A DNA stretch of 62,144 nucleotides, filler included, from Asterionella formosa (taxonomy: Eukaryota), in the NCBI GenBank assembly GCA_002256025.1. It is 9 parts of 9 records of this genome, joined end to end, with 100 filler letters (N's around TTAATTAATTAA, not from the genome) between each part and the next. Parts side by side here need not be neighbours in the genome. Positions count along the whole stretch, not along the records: positions 41,532 to 48,335 come from NKIB01012601.1; positions 48,436 to 55,242 come from NKIB01012602.1; 7 more parts are not named here. One strand, written 5' to 3'. Positions 41,623 to 53,070 of this stretch are shown piece by piece. The notes beneath the pieces were generated by a model. The model saw only the letters and a program-made list of their open reading frames with translations. It had not been told where the DNA came from and ran no database searches. The position numbers and the translations under genes are program-made. Each line of letters opens with the position of its first letter. Positions within the stretch are counted from its first letter, which is position 1.

Positions 41623-42852
41623 CATGCCACGCTCTAGTGGTGGCTGTCTTGTTTACGGAATTGGAGCTGGTGGACATGGAGGTCGAAATGTCATCAGCGA
41701 TGAAAATCAGAATTGGTGGTCATTGTCATCAACATCCTCGCCCCTTTTCCTCACAATTAAAGCGACTAAACAACAACCATCTTAACAGCAGAACAGGAAC
41801 CATTTTATCGACTGTAATTCATTAACCAGATTGTTGAATGACAATGTGATTTGAAAGAGTTTTGTAAATGCATATGTCAAAGAATATTGTAAACAAACAG
41901 TACAAGACTTTGTAACTTACCTTCAAAGTGATAGTGCCTATCATCACATTAGCATAAATCAGAAATCTGAATCCTTCTTGGAAAAAGCGTTTCTATCCAC
42001 GGAAATCCCATGCATCCCGCAACCGTTGATTGCTGTGTCCTCTGAGAACTTAGCCTAGAGTTGGCAAGCGAAATACAAATCACCTGTCTGACCTGTCAGA
42101 AAGTGATAGCTAAACTTGAAGCTGCAAGAACCGATGACACCAAGCAAAGACAATGGTGAGATAACAAATAAGGAAATTGAAGCAAAACACTTTTCAATCA
42201 ACCAACAGTTTTTTTGGGTTGTCACGTGGCGAGATTGGGACCTGGCGATGCAGACATCATTTGTTCTGCAATGAACTTACCGATTCCAGTTGGGTACTGG
42301 TCAAAGCAAGGAAACTTCTGTGCTGTTGAGGAGCTTGTTGGGAAAGCCCAACTGGAAACAACAGCTCTTGAGATGCACAAGGCATGTGATGCAGAAATAT
42401 ACCAGACACTCAATGTGCATGAACGAGTCGATTGGGCAGACAAAGGATGTGATTTCCGGTGGTGGAAGTCACTATCTGGTACTGAACGTATGGCTGTGCA
42501 GAATATGCCATGCCTGACAGTTAGTTACGAGATGGGCTGGCAGCAGCGATCAAGTGGAAATAAGTACAACTCCGTAAGTGGGCATGCATTCTGCATCGGT
42601 GGCTATACAAGAAAGATACTAGACTATCGAGTAAAATCAAAGGTCTGTAACGTGTGCGACAAGGCTATACGGTACAAGAAACCCATCAAGCATCATATTT
42701 GTTCCAAGAATCATATAACTGGAAGTTCGAAGGCAATGGAACCAGCCAGATGCAGGTGTGGAAATGATGGTTGATGCCATAACTAAGAAATACAATGTTA
42801 TCTACTGTACAAACTTCTGTGACGATGGTTCTAGGGTTGGCATGCAGGAACC
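41623..42852 (+). mobile_element. Kolobok-like DDE transposase remnant, internally deleted, ending in a family F terminus
   Basis: LTVSYEMGWQQRSSGNKYNSVSGHAFCIGGYTRKILDYRVKSKVCNVC..HICSKNH.TGSSKAMEP. Ends TCTAGGGTTGGCATGCAGGAACC, which matches the family F end. Confidence 0.78.
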
Positions 42853-42856
42853 TTCA

Positions 42857-44014
42857 GGTTGCGGCCCCGGCTTAACCCTAGTTTGGAGAATATATCGCTA
42901 GGGTTGTAAAAACGGCATGGAACAGGGAGTTTCCTACTATGAATTCCCATGATTCGAGTGTCCATTTGAATATTTGAATTAAAAGGGAATCGGCGCCAGA
43001 TTGATAGAGTTCTATTTTAAACAAACAAAAATGATTTTTAATCGTTAATACTGTATCAAAATTACTGTTTGTAGACATGATTCTGCTCAACGCCAAAACA
43101 CACATATAAATTAGGAGTACGCCAACATGTATACTCGTGGTTCGTGTTTTTACATTATATCAAATCTACGCTTCTGTATGTAGGTTTAATAAAAGCAGTG
43201 CGTTACCAGAGTACTGGTGTGCCAGTAGTACACAATCTCGGTTCATGACGATGGAAGACAGGATGAAACTAAGTAGTACTAGCTACCGGTGTTCCGGTAG
43301 TCTACTGATTTTGCCTGCTGGTATGGCACATCTAATACGTGTGGTTCAAGTGTGGCTGGCGAGATTTTACAAGACGGGATACTTCAGCGAATCTAGAGCA
43401 GGTGAGTAAATTCAATTCAACCAATCAGAATATGTGTAGTGACGCGGCAACGTACCCTGGAGTCTTGTCGGACTGAGAATTAAGCAGCAAAACATACCTA
43501 CACAAGACTTTAGGTCTATGAGAACGTTTTGCACATACAAATTCCGATTCCAATATTTTGGTGACTATTAAAAAAGCTGATCGGGTCGACTTTTTGGAGG
43601 AGGATTGCTCTACATTTGCGGGGTTTCATCAAGATCAAAGTAGATAGCTGTGTACCCTGTAACGTCAGGAGCGAGTTAACTTCTGGAGAGAAACTGCAGT
43701 TATCCCTCGTAGATTTTTTGAAAAGCTTTATAGCCCCCTTTTTGACAATTTTTTGGATAGTTACTATTCCAAGAGGGATAACTACAGTTTCTTTCCAGAC
43801 ATGAGGTCCTTACCATATCATCAGAAGATAGAACATACCCCTAAATCGACCCATGCCTGTATCTAGTAAGCATATGCAAAGTGGTCGTATTGGTGAAAGC
43901 TAATTTTACCTTTTACTATTTTATTTTCTTGTACGTAATGTGTGGATTAAGGTACATCATCAAATTATTTTGGGAAAAAATAACCTCGCAATGTGTAACT
44001 GCAGGGCCGCAACC
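42857..44014 (+). mobile_element. Full-length 1158-bp non-autonomous Kolobok-like element (family E)
   Basis: TIR GGTTGCGGCCC...GGGCCGCAACC, flanked by TTCA (42853-42856) and TTAA (44015-44018). Partial copies at 20048 and 31824. Confidence 0.85.
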
Positions 44015-44902
44015 TTAAGCAAAATGGTCGAACATTAAGCAAATCCTAGCTATGGTAGCAACTGGCAGAATAAGTAACAAGATAGGTCTCAATATTGTAC
44101 CAGTAGGCTAAATCAGATTAAAGTTTCAGTTAATGCCAAACAACCAGGTGGTGGGGTGGTTTATTAAATGAAAAATCAAAAGAGATACACATAAATCAAT
44201 TTGGAATTGTGGACTCATGTAGCACTAAAATATGGATACTGTTCGTATAGCAAAATTACCGTATGTAAATTGCATGTAAGCGTACTACCTGCTACTCTAA
44301 GTCCTGGTACTAGGGGTACCAGGTACCATGGTACCACCATATTCAGGTACATATTTTTATGCATATCACGCACATCCTTGACTTTCTACGACTATCAGAG
44401 TTGATTTTTCAACCAAAAAGGGAGTACAAAATCAACCGTCAATGAATGCAACCAGGTTGATATTTTCTTTGTTGTACTTTCAATGCTGCATTTTCTCGTG
44501 ATCAAAGTACGGAATAATACAGACAGCCAACTATTTTACCATCTGCTGTAGAAGCATACTTGAGACCAACAGAAAAATACAACTTGGTTTGTTTTTTACA
44601 AGCAATACCGGTGTACCGACATGATGGTGGTACCTGGTACTAGTACCAGGTTACCAGGTAACCTGACTGCGCACCAGCTGTTTTCTGGTACATGCATGGG
44701 TACATAACACCTACTGTTTACCAGTAAGCGGCTGCGGGACCTTATCGGCATTTCGCCTGGTGGTGATGTGCGGCAATCAATTTATTACTTCCTCCCGGAA
44801 CACAAATCGAAATCACCAACAAAGGAATCACTTGTCAACAGCAACCGAGCATCAAGAATTTTGGTTGATGAACTTGAGCTTTTCAAGTTGTCAATCAACA
44901 GC

Positions 44903-46192
44903 ATGAACATCAAAGCTGTAACTCTCCTGCTCGCCTACTCTGTCGCTTTGAGTGGAGGGTTCACCCCAGCTGCCCGACTTGGCAAGAACCCATTCCAACA
45001 TCGCAGTCCGACCGTCCCCGGTAATGTAATATCTCCCTTGCCCGTCAAGGCGTCCACTTTTGCGCTGCCCTTTGGGTTAGATAAAACAGTCGCAATTGCT
45101 GCTCTATCTGCCACGGCAAAGCTTCTCTCCAGCGTTGGTCTAGGAAGCCTGGCAGCATTGCGTCCAAATCTCTTGGATGCTGCGGCCGTTTCTGCTTTAT
45201 CAAGATTAACATATTGGGTATTTCAGCCGTGCTTTTTGTTATGTAGCGTAGCGGGAACTCTTGCCAAGGCTTCCTCGGGAGCTAATACTGGTCTCCCTAA
45301 GTCCATGCTTCTACTCATGCCGTTGGCAGCCATGATACAGATTTCCCTGGGAAGCCTAACGGCCAAGGCCGTGAACAAAGTTCTCAAGTTCCCAGAGGAG
45401 GAAGCTAGAGATTTTACAATGTGTACTACCTTTGGAAACTCTGGACCCTTGCCGCTCATTTTTGCCGACGCCCTATTTGGCGGTGCACTTCGAGCTGATG
45501 TCACCGCGTGTATCTCCTTTTATCTGCTCATGTGGTCGCCCTTGTTTTGGAGCGCGGGTCGCATGATTTTGGGCACCTACGATGGAGCAGGCGATTCAGA
45601 AAAAATGGGCATGTCCCGGATAAAATCAGAAGTTGGAAAGTTGTTAAGTCCACCAGTGATCGGATCAATATTGGGGGTGGTTATTGGAGGAACAGGGTGG
45701 ATCCGAGATGCATGCCTCGGTCAACATGGATTGGGGGCTCCATTGTATGGAGCGTGCAACACTCTTGCAAGTGCCTACTTACCAGCGGCTGTGCTAGTAC
45801 TTGCTGGAAGTTTGGTCCAAAACTCATTGAAGTCGACAGGTGCAGTCGCAGAAACTGGAGCCACCGGTGTCTCCACAAAAGCGATTGTCTCTATTATGTT
45901 TTCTCGCTTTTGCTTGGCACCTTTGATCGCTTTTACAACAGTTCGAGCCTTGGAACTTTGTGGTTTTCTCTCGTTCGGGCGTGCCAAAGCTGTAGTCGTG
46001 TTCACACTTCTGATGGAAGGATGCATGCCTCCAGCTCAAAATAGCGTTATTATGTATCAATTGGACGGTTTGCCGGAACGAGCGGGAAAAATGGCAAAAA
46101 CGTTGGCCCTGATATATTCAATGGCAGTGGCTCCCGTCACCCTGCTCTTGAGCGCATGCTTGGCCCTTAGTGGGATTATGCAGTTCCAATAG
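44903..46192 (+). CDS. Auxin efflux carrier (AEC)/PILS-like membrane transporter with a predicted bipartite plastid presequence
   Basis: Multiple TM segments; SRLTYWVFQPCFL, TTFGNSGPLPLIF, LSPPVIGSILG, CMPPAQN. N-terminal signal peptide ending SGG|FTP followed by a basic Ser/Pro-rich transit-like region. Confidence 0.88.
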   Translation: MNIKAVTLLLAYSVALSGGFTPAARLGKNPFQHRSPTVPGNVISPLPVKASTFALPFGLDKTVAIAALSATAKLLSSVGLGSLAALRPNLLDAAAVSALSRLTYWVFQPCFLLCSVAGTLAKASSGANTGLPKSMLLLMPLAAMIQISLGSLTAKAVNKVLKFPEEEARDFTMCTTFGNSGPLPLIFADALFGGALRADVTACISFYLLMWSPLFWSAGRMILGTYDGAGDSEKMGMSRIKSEVGKLLSPPVIGSILGVVIGGTGWIRDACLGQHGLGAPLYGACNTLASAYLPAAVLVLAGSLVQNSLKSTGAVAETGATGVSTKAIVSIMFSRFCLAPLIAFTTVRALELCGFLSFGRAKAVVVFTLLMEGCMPPAQNSVIMYQLDGLPERAGKMAKTLALIYSMAVAPVTLLLSACLALSGIMQFQ

Positions 46193-46499
46193 TCTAGGCC
46201 ATGCAATGCCCTTGCTGATGAACAGTAAAGAATTTTTTGTCTCTAAGTAGGTTATTTGTGCATTTGCGATAACTGCACAATGCTCTTCGACATTTTAATT
46301 AATGTGACCAGTGCACATGAACTACCATGCCATTGTAACATTATTGGTAATTTTCCCTGTGTTTCGTGACAGCTGATCGATACACTTAGCCGAGAGGGTC
46401 TAGAGTTCATGGAAGGGCTTAGATGTCACTGATTCCTTTCATGGTCAGGATCCTTGCGCATTTGGCTATTGATGATATCCAATAACAATGCAAAGTTAG

Positions 46500-47200
46500 A
46501 TTTGTAAACTGGCTTGCTCATAACTGAGACATATTAAGTGAAACTCAGAAAGAGCTAAGTGATTGCCATTCTCAGCTGCTGATGCTGGCACATAGTCCCA
46601 ACAAATGACAGAGTTGAAACAATTCATTCTCTGCATCTTCCTTGCTCGTGGTAATAATACTGTTCACAACCTGAGAATATTCCAAGAATGTCAAATGTGC
46701 TAGTGATGCATGTGATACCATCAAAAACAAAGATGGGCTGATAGAAGATCACTTTCAGTGATCTGGGTGAAACCTTTGTTCGCCTGCTACACATGACCTA
46801 TTATATACTGCACTGGACTGGCATCTCAACAACTCAATGCTGACATTCCACACTCTGACCATCTCAACAGCGTAACATACCAAGAAAATGTACCACTAGA
46901 TGAAGAAAATTCCATTGAATTCATGTATGGGGACAATTGGACCAAAGGTTACTCCAACAATACCATGACCAGATTGGATTTTTCATGATAATCAGGCTGG
47001 TAACTGATAGCTGCCTATAAGGGAAATGATAAACCTATCTCAGTCATGCCATTGTTCTCCACCAATCCACAGAGAATTTCATTTGAGTCACCATAGTACA
47101 TGATCATACAACAATGAATTTGCTTAGGTACCAACGATCATCTTCACGGCTGCATAAAACATGGTGTCGTGTACGCCCTCAATATGCACAGCCACAATTG
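46500..47200 (+). mobile_element. Highly degraded copia GAG-pre-integrase/integrase remnant
   Basis: Fragments LSETQKEL, VKCAS and YGDN in the expected order; many stops. Confidence 0.45.
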
Positions 47201-47732
47201 ATTTTACTTAGAGAGGAGTACAAGAGGCGACATTGGCCCTTTTTTAATCACCAAACATTATGAGCAAACCAATTTCACCACTGTATTCTCTATGGTCTAT
47301 AACATAAATAGCAGCATTAAAAGATATATTGTTGTTGGTTCAAACGGTTTCTATGATCAAAAGAATTTCTATTTTTAGTGCACTGGCACGCCCGAGTTTC
47401 GTGATGGCATAAATAGTAATTCCTACAGTGTGTACAAATTTTACCTAACCCTACAACAGCATTTATTTGCGGAGGCTCTACGACTTGGATCATGATGGAT
47501 ATTAATATAAGCCAACCACATCACTTACATGATTATTGGACCAGAATTACTATGACATGCACAAAATATTTCTGAATCATGAGGCAGCAGATGAAATGTT
47601 TCTATGAACGCTTCCAGCAAGCCGAAAACATCAAGGCCAGCACTGCCTGAGCCTGTAGTATTTACCTTGACAGTCGCGCTACAGCAAGCTTGCATCTTGC
47701 AGCCAGCTTTGACTGTTCAAGCACTAGCATTA

Positions 47733-48335
47733 TTAATTTTCCTGCGTTTCAACCCTAGATTAGAGGTAGGGTTAAAAAATAATATGAAGTCAGAGCAGTC
47801 AAACACACACTTCTAAAGACTAGTAATTTCTGGGGGACATCACTTTATTTGGCATAGAAAAAAACCGGAGTTCCTTTCTGCAGTTTCTCTCCATAGTTAT
47901 ATAATGAAGCTATATGAAGGCTACCTATGTATCTACATCGCCTTCAGACCCAGCCAACAACGTTGAGCAATCAACAAAATCGGCCTTTTCAATTGTCTCC
48001 AAAATATCTGAATCAGAACCACTTAGTGCCAAAACATCATCATCCAAATTAGAGTCTTGTGATGCAATATCATAGCCAGAGCATGGAGTGCAAGAAATGA
48101 AGGAATCCACTAGTAAAGGTACTCTGGCATAGCACAGTCTGCTCAGAATGACAGGATCCGAAAATTTAATCATCTTGTTAAACTGAGGAGATATGTCATG
48201 GGGACACGCATTTTTATGTAGTAGTAGCCAGCTACTACCAGTAACAATGGGGCAATAGAATTTGGTCGCTCTTTCGATTGATACAAAACAATACATGCTA
48301 TTAAAAGGGAACAGGGATCAAACCTGTTTGCATAT
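47733..48335 (-). mobile_element. Second copy of the family F Kolobok-like end
   Basis: Reverse complement of 6130-6670; TTAA at 47733-47736. Confidence 0.72.
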
Positions 48336-48435
48336 NNNNNNNNNNNNNNNNNNNNNNNNNNNNNNNNNNNNNNNNNNNNTTAATTAATTAANNNNNNNNN
48401 NNNNNNNNNNNNNNNNNNNNNNNNNNNNNNNNNNN
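48336..48435. other. Artificial scaffold-joining linker
   Basis: N44-TTAATTAATTAA-N44. Confidence 0.97.
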
Positions 48436-48511
48436 ATTACCGGTATATAGCTCAAACTCTGATCAGCCTACAGACAAGCAAACATGTTTTTATTTTGCAC
48501 CGATTGTATGC

Positions 48512-49339
48512 ATGTACGCAGTGCCGATGCTCCCGTGGATTGAGGAACGCCGCAAGCAGACAACTGAAGATCCCAACACGCCATCTTTAATGATGCAAAA
48601 GAGACCACGAGCAGCGAATTCCACGAGCCTTTCCCTTGATAGCGGCGAGGCCACATTGTTGCTCGACACGTCCTCCAAGTACCGAAACGAGAATGCCGCA
48701 TCAGGTCTTTGTGGTCCGATCTTCTGGTCCGTCATGACCTTGGCCGTCATGTCCTTGCTAGTTGTCTTTTGCATCCGCCAATTCACAGAGAACAATAACA
48801 GCAGAACAGCTGCGGCTCCCCGAGCACTGGCGCTCGCGCAGTTCCCCACCTTATCGTGGGCACTGGACCACGCGGACCTCGTGGGGGTGTACTTCGCCGC
48901 CCAGTGGTGTCCCATGTCCACCCCTGTCACGGCCAAGTTGGGACAGCACTTTCCGGCTGCTGACCTATTGCCACCGCCAGACGTGGACAGTACTCCTTCC
49001 AAGCAACATGCATTTGCACTTGTCTATGTTAGTTCGGATGCCACCCAGGAAGCGCTGGACGAATATGCCAAACCCAATTGGATTAAGATTCCAATGGAAC
49101 AAAACGAACGAACCGCCTTGAAGAAGCATTTTTCCGCTTGTGCCAAACGAGAATTGGCGGAATTAGACATGGAACGAAAGTTTGAAATTCCTACTCTGCT
49201 CATTTTAGACGGGGCGACGCATGGGGTGATCACGACGAATGGGGCCGATGATGTCATGCATCGAGGCGCCAAGGCCTTGGAATATTGGCAGGAACTGCTG
49301 TCCAAACTAAGAGCCATGGAACAAAGATTTAGAGCCTAG
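48512..49339 (+). CDS. Membrane-anchored nucleoredoxin/tryparedoxin-like thioredoxin-fold protein with a WCPMS (CxxS) site
   Basis: TM segment IFWSVMTLAVMSLLVVFCI; LVGVYFAAQWCPMS, LVYVSSD, IPTLLILDG, ITTNG. Confidence 0.85.
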   Translation: MYAVPMLPWIEERRKQTTEDPNTPSLMMQKRPRAANSTSLSLDSGEATLLLDTSSKYRNENAASGLCGPIFWSVMTLAVMSLLVVFCIRQFTENNNSRTAAAPRALALAQFPTLSWALDHADLVGVYFAAQWCPMSTPVTAKLGQHFPAADLLPPPDVDSTPSKQHAFALVYVSSDATQEALDEYAKPNWIKIPMEQNERTALKKHFSACAKRELAELDMERKFEIPTLLILDGATHGVITTNGADDVMHRGAKALEYWQELLSKLRAMEQRFRA

Positions 49340-49613
49340 CAATAAATTATTGATTCAATTATTGGAAGTGGGTGATCGAGCGAAGGAATGAAACCGGCGC
49401 CTAATGAGGCATCGGGTGAGTTTATCCATCGGCTAATCCATATAATACATATACATGGATCACGTATTTACTCATTCAACCAATAAAATTGATTAGCAAT
49501 GGTGCATACCGGTAATAAGCACATTCAGAAGCATTGCGACTGATTCAATGCTGTTGTTACCACAAATGTAGGGAGTTCGGGGGCAACTGACAAGAGCCTA
49601 AGCGAAACTATGG

Positions 49614-50645
49614 TTAAAGCATTTGTTTCAGGATTCCCTTGGATAATTTGGCCATGGCATATCTAGCACTCTTGCCGAGCCCAACAGTAATTAATCCTTT
49701 CAGGGATTGGCTTGTGGCAGATTTTGCTACAACCCGTTGCAAATCTTGCAACAAGTTGGTAGTGTGTCGAAATCTCGGCGGAATTCGTTCTCTCAGACCA
49801 AGACATGCGTCCCTTGGATTCCAGTACAGCTTGTCATGATTAACGCTAACAATACCTGCTGATTCCAATTGCTTCAACGGCAAGTTATATAGTTGTTGGA
49901 ATCTTTCCAACTGCCCAGGGGAATGGACTATTTTGTGGACTTTGTCTGGATCTTCACCACCAACGTGCATCCGTGGATCACCGGCATAACTTAAGAGCGT
50001 AATCTTTTCGTACAAGTCTTTTAGGAGGAGAGTCTCCGATTTCGATTCACTCAAGAGCAGCAGGGCTGTACTAAGGGCGTAAGGGAGGTTGTACGTTTGT
50101 TGGTAGTCCAGAATGATATCAGGGTTGGACGAACGAATGGCGACAGTTGGTTTGTGCAATCTTCCGGCCAAGTACAGATAATTCCATTCCTTGAGATCTT
50201 TTGCCAGGTCGTCGACGGTCACGACACCATATTTGATGATTGCCGCTTGCATAGGTATCAGGGCATGAAAAAAGACGCCCGCCCCATAGTCCTGCTGAAG
50301 GTGCCTACACAAGGAGGGCCCTCCCAGACGTGTAATTGCCGAGTAATGTGATGCATGGCGCGCCATGTTTTCACGATGAAATGCCATGGCGTTATTTTCC
50401 GTTGCCAAGATAATATCAATCATCCCTGGGTGACTTGTAGTACCGGTACTTGAAACATCATTGGAATAATCGGCGACTGTTTGTGATTTGGCCTGGGAGA
50501 TGTCCATTTGCTGGAAGACACCAGAGCCATAGCCAAAAGAATGGACAACGCTTGGAAAGGCGCCGACAACGGATTCGAGTTCGTTTAGACCGGCAAGTTG
50601 GCCGATTGGTCGATCTGATGCAGTTGTTGAGTCGTTGGGTAGCAT
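49614..50645 (-). CDS. TAM41: Mitochondrial phosphatidate cytidylyltransferase TAM41 (Mmp37)
   Basis: FGYGSGVFQQ, MIDII, IKYGVV, WNYLYLAGRLHKP, LSYAGDPRM..GEDPDKVHKIV, QSLKGLITVG. Exact start uncertain. Confidence 0.93.
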   Translation of the reverse strand: MLPNDSTTASDRPIGQLAGLNELESVVGAFPSVVHSFGYGSGVFQQMDISQAKSQTVADYSNDVSSTGTTSHPGMIDIILATENNAMAFHRENMARHASHYSAITRLGGPSLCRHLQQDYGAGVFFHALIPMQAAIIKYGVVTVDDLAKDLKEWNYLYLAGRLHKPTVAIRSSNPDIILDYQQTYNLPYALSTALLLLSESKSETLLLKDLYEKITLLSYAGDPRMHVGGEDPDKVHKIVHSPGQLERFQQLYNLPLKQLESAGIVSVNHDKLYWNPRDACLGLRERIPPRFRHTTNLLQDLQRVVAKSATSQSLKGLITVGLGKSARYAMAKLSKGILKQML

Positions 50646-51090
50646 CGTCACATTGTTGCATACCGATAGATCTTCATGGCTGGGGAGGAAGATTCTACCC
50701 AAATGGATGATGGACAAATTTCCGTATACGCAAATTTATACGTAGTTTCAAACAAGCAACCAAAGACATACCGGTTGTACCCAGGTACCAGGTACCAGGT
50801 ACCAGGTACCAGTAGTGCCTCCCATACCGGTATTGTACCTACCAGTCGTATGTATATTAATTCTTGACGGAACAATGATAGTTGGCATGTTGACTTTTTC
50901 GCCGGTGCTGAACTTCTAAAATAAACAATCAGAACACTATAGTACCTTCATCTAGCAGTGCACTGTTTTGAAAGCATTCATTAAACACATGAGTTCCAGG
51001 AGCTGGTATTCTTGTTGATGCAGAAAGCAGTAGCGTTGGCGTGGAGAGGAAAGGAAAGGCGAGGAGAGGAGAGGAGAGGACTGATCCAAA

Positions 51091-53070
51091 ATGGAAATGA
51101 TTCAAATTCAGGACGATGTCAACCTCTCTTTGGGTCGAGGACGCTTTTCGAAGTACAGTCGAGGGCTTCGTCAACCATTCCGTGATTATTCCACATCGTC
51201 ACCGAGAAAACACGGTCTGCCGGCTCTTATTTTCGTAGCCTTTCTTATAGGGTTCTTTGTCGGTAAAAGGGAATCGACACCAGCCGACGTCTCAGCTGTT
51301 GTGGGCAAACTAGGAGAATTGGTTGGTTTTGCTCAAGAGCCTTCGATTGATCAGCTATTGGGTCAATTGACCAAGGCAAGGATGAATTTGGAAGAGCGAT
51401 TCACTATTGAGTATGGAGAATACTATGGACGTCTCTTTGACCCAATCCAGTTAGACAGTATCTTTAGCAGTTCCAAAACATCGAAAGACCGTCTTAAGCG
51501 ACAACTCATGATTAAAATTTTGAACAAGTTGCTTTTTCCATCAACAGAGGTTAAATTTACGTGGGCTACAGCTGGAGATTCAATTGCAGCAGGGCATGGC
51601 AACATGTTCAACCAGAGTTATACGGCAATGCTGGAAGATACTGTGGCAGATGCGTTCGCTGCCCTTGGAATTCAATTTGTAGCGCGCAACTATGGTATGG
51701 CAATGTACTCGTCGGCACCTGAGCTTGCCCTTTGTATGGAAGCTGTATATGGAAATGATTTGGATGTATTGGTTTGGGACTTTGGTTTAGCTGACGTTGG
51801 GCATGATCATCGAGCCTTGCTTTGGGGACAACGAGCAATGCTCCATCCAACTAGGCCTATCCTTTTCTTTGTCGATTCATTTTCGTCGGTTCGGCATGAG
51901 ATCATCAACAAATTTGAAAAGGAGGGAATGTCATCCATCCTCTATGATAAAGTGGCCGTTGATGTACTGAGAGCCACGAGGATCCCGCTTAATACGGATA
52001 CGGCTCCACCGGCATTGCAATATCTCATGTGCAATGGTGCGGTGGAAGGAAGTTTGCCTTGCGATGATGCCTTGCGATTTTTCATGTGTGAACAGCTCGA
52101 GACGGCGCAACAGTGTTGGAGCAACAAGTATCATACGCTTCCTGGTTGTGATAACTCCCAGAAATCGATTCATCCAGGTTGGTAAGTCAATTGGAGCTTA
52201 AATGACCGTGCGGTCTATGCGTTCGAAATCCTGCAGCACTCAAAATTGTGTAATAATTACTGCAGGAAAGAACACTTGCTCAGAGGAAGGCTGTTTGGTC
52301 ATTACCTCTTAGAGCTACTAGAAGAAGCATTGCTCCAACTAGATGCATTGAAGCACCCTAACGGCAAACAAGTGCGATCACAATTTGTCCTGGACAACTT
52401 GCTAGCGAACGAAGAAAGTGACGCTAAAACGACGAAAAGCTCAAGAATTCCGGCAGAGTACCTCGGAGGTGATAAGGCACTTATGGCTGATATATCGCTT
52501 TACAATCTCTTTCGGGTCCCCACTATCTGCCACACTGCACTGCTGCCCTCTGAATCGCGCTTTCTCGGTTACCCCTTAGAATCTTCAATGAAGGGTGATT
52601 TTCGTGGGGGATTCGATGTTGGCCAGAGCAAAGTTCTTGCAGTTCCAAAGGCTGGTAAATTACCGCTTGTGTATGATGGAATTGATCGGGCTCGTTGTGC
52701 TTCACCAAAAATTGATCACAAAGATTATTTCATGTTCCGAAATCAAGATGACTGGCTTGACATGGTGGTGCCTAACAAAGCTGAAATTCAAGCATACAGG
52801 CGCGCCAACTCTCCACCAAAAGGCATCTTCATCATTTGTATGCAGGTATGTCCTCTTGGCGTTTGCTCAGATGACACAGTCACTTTCGGTGACCTTAGCA
52901 AAGATCATACAGGATCCAAGATTGATATCCGTGTTGACGGTCGCCCAGTCAAGAGAGTGAAAAAGTTTGATGGATGTCATGTACTTGAACACAATTCTGG
53001 AATTCGGTGGGGCGAAGGTAAGGCTGGAGATGGGCAATATAAACTATCCTTCAATTTGCATGTGTCGCGG
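51091..53070 (+). CDS. Type II membrane protein with an SGNH/GDSL-hydrolase-like domain; exons 51091-52181 and 52266 to at least 53070 (3' end in gap)
   Basis: N-terminal TM, TAGDSIAAGHGN, DVLVWDFG, and HPGW/KEH joined by GT-AG intron 52182-52265. Confidence 0.75.

Noticed and set aside
31820..44018. Apparent 12-kb composite transposon with about 700-bp inverted repeats and TTAA at both ends
   Set aside because: It spans two artificial linkers; the repeats are independent family E copies on different scaffolds.
47440..47600. Possible piggyBac transposase fragment (..LHDYW..)
   Set aside because: Single weak motif with no supporting termini.
48490..49002. Antisense and alternate-frame ORFs over real genes (also 45508-46044 and 11342-11742)
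   Set aside because: Shadow ORFs of GC-richer coding sequence with no independent motifs.
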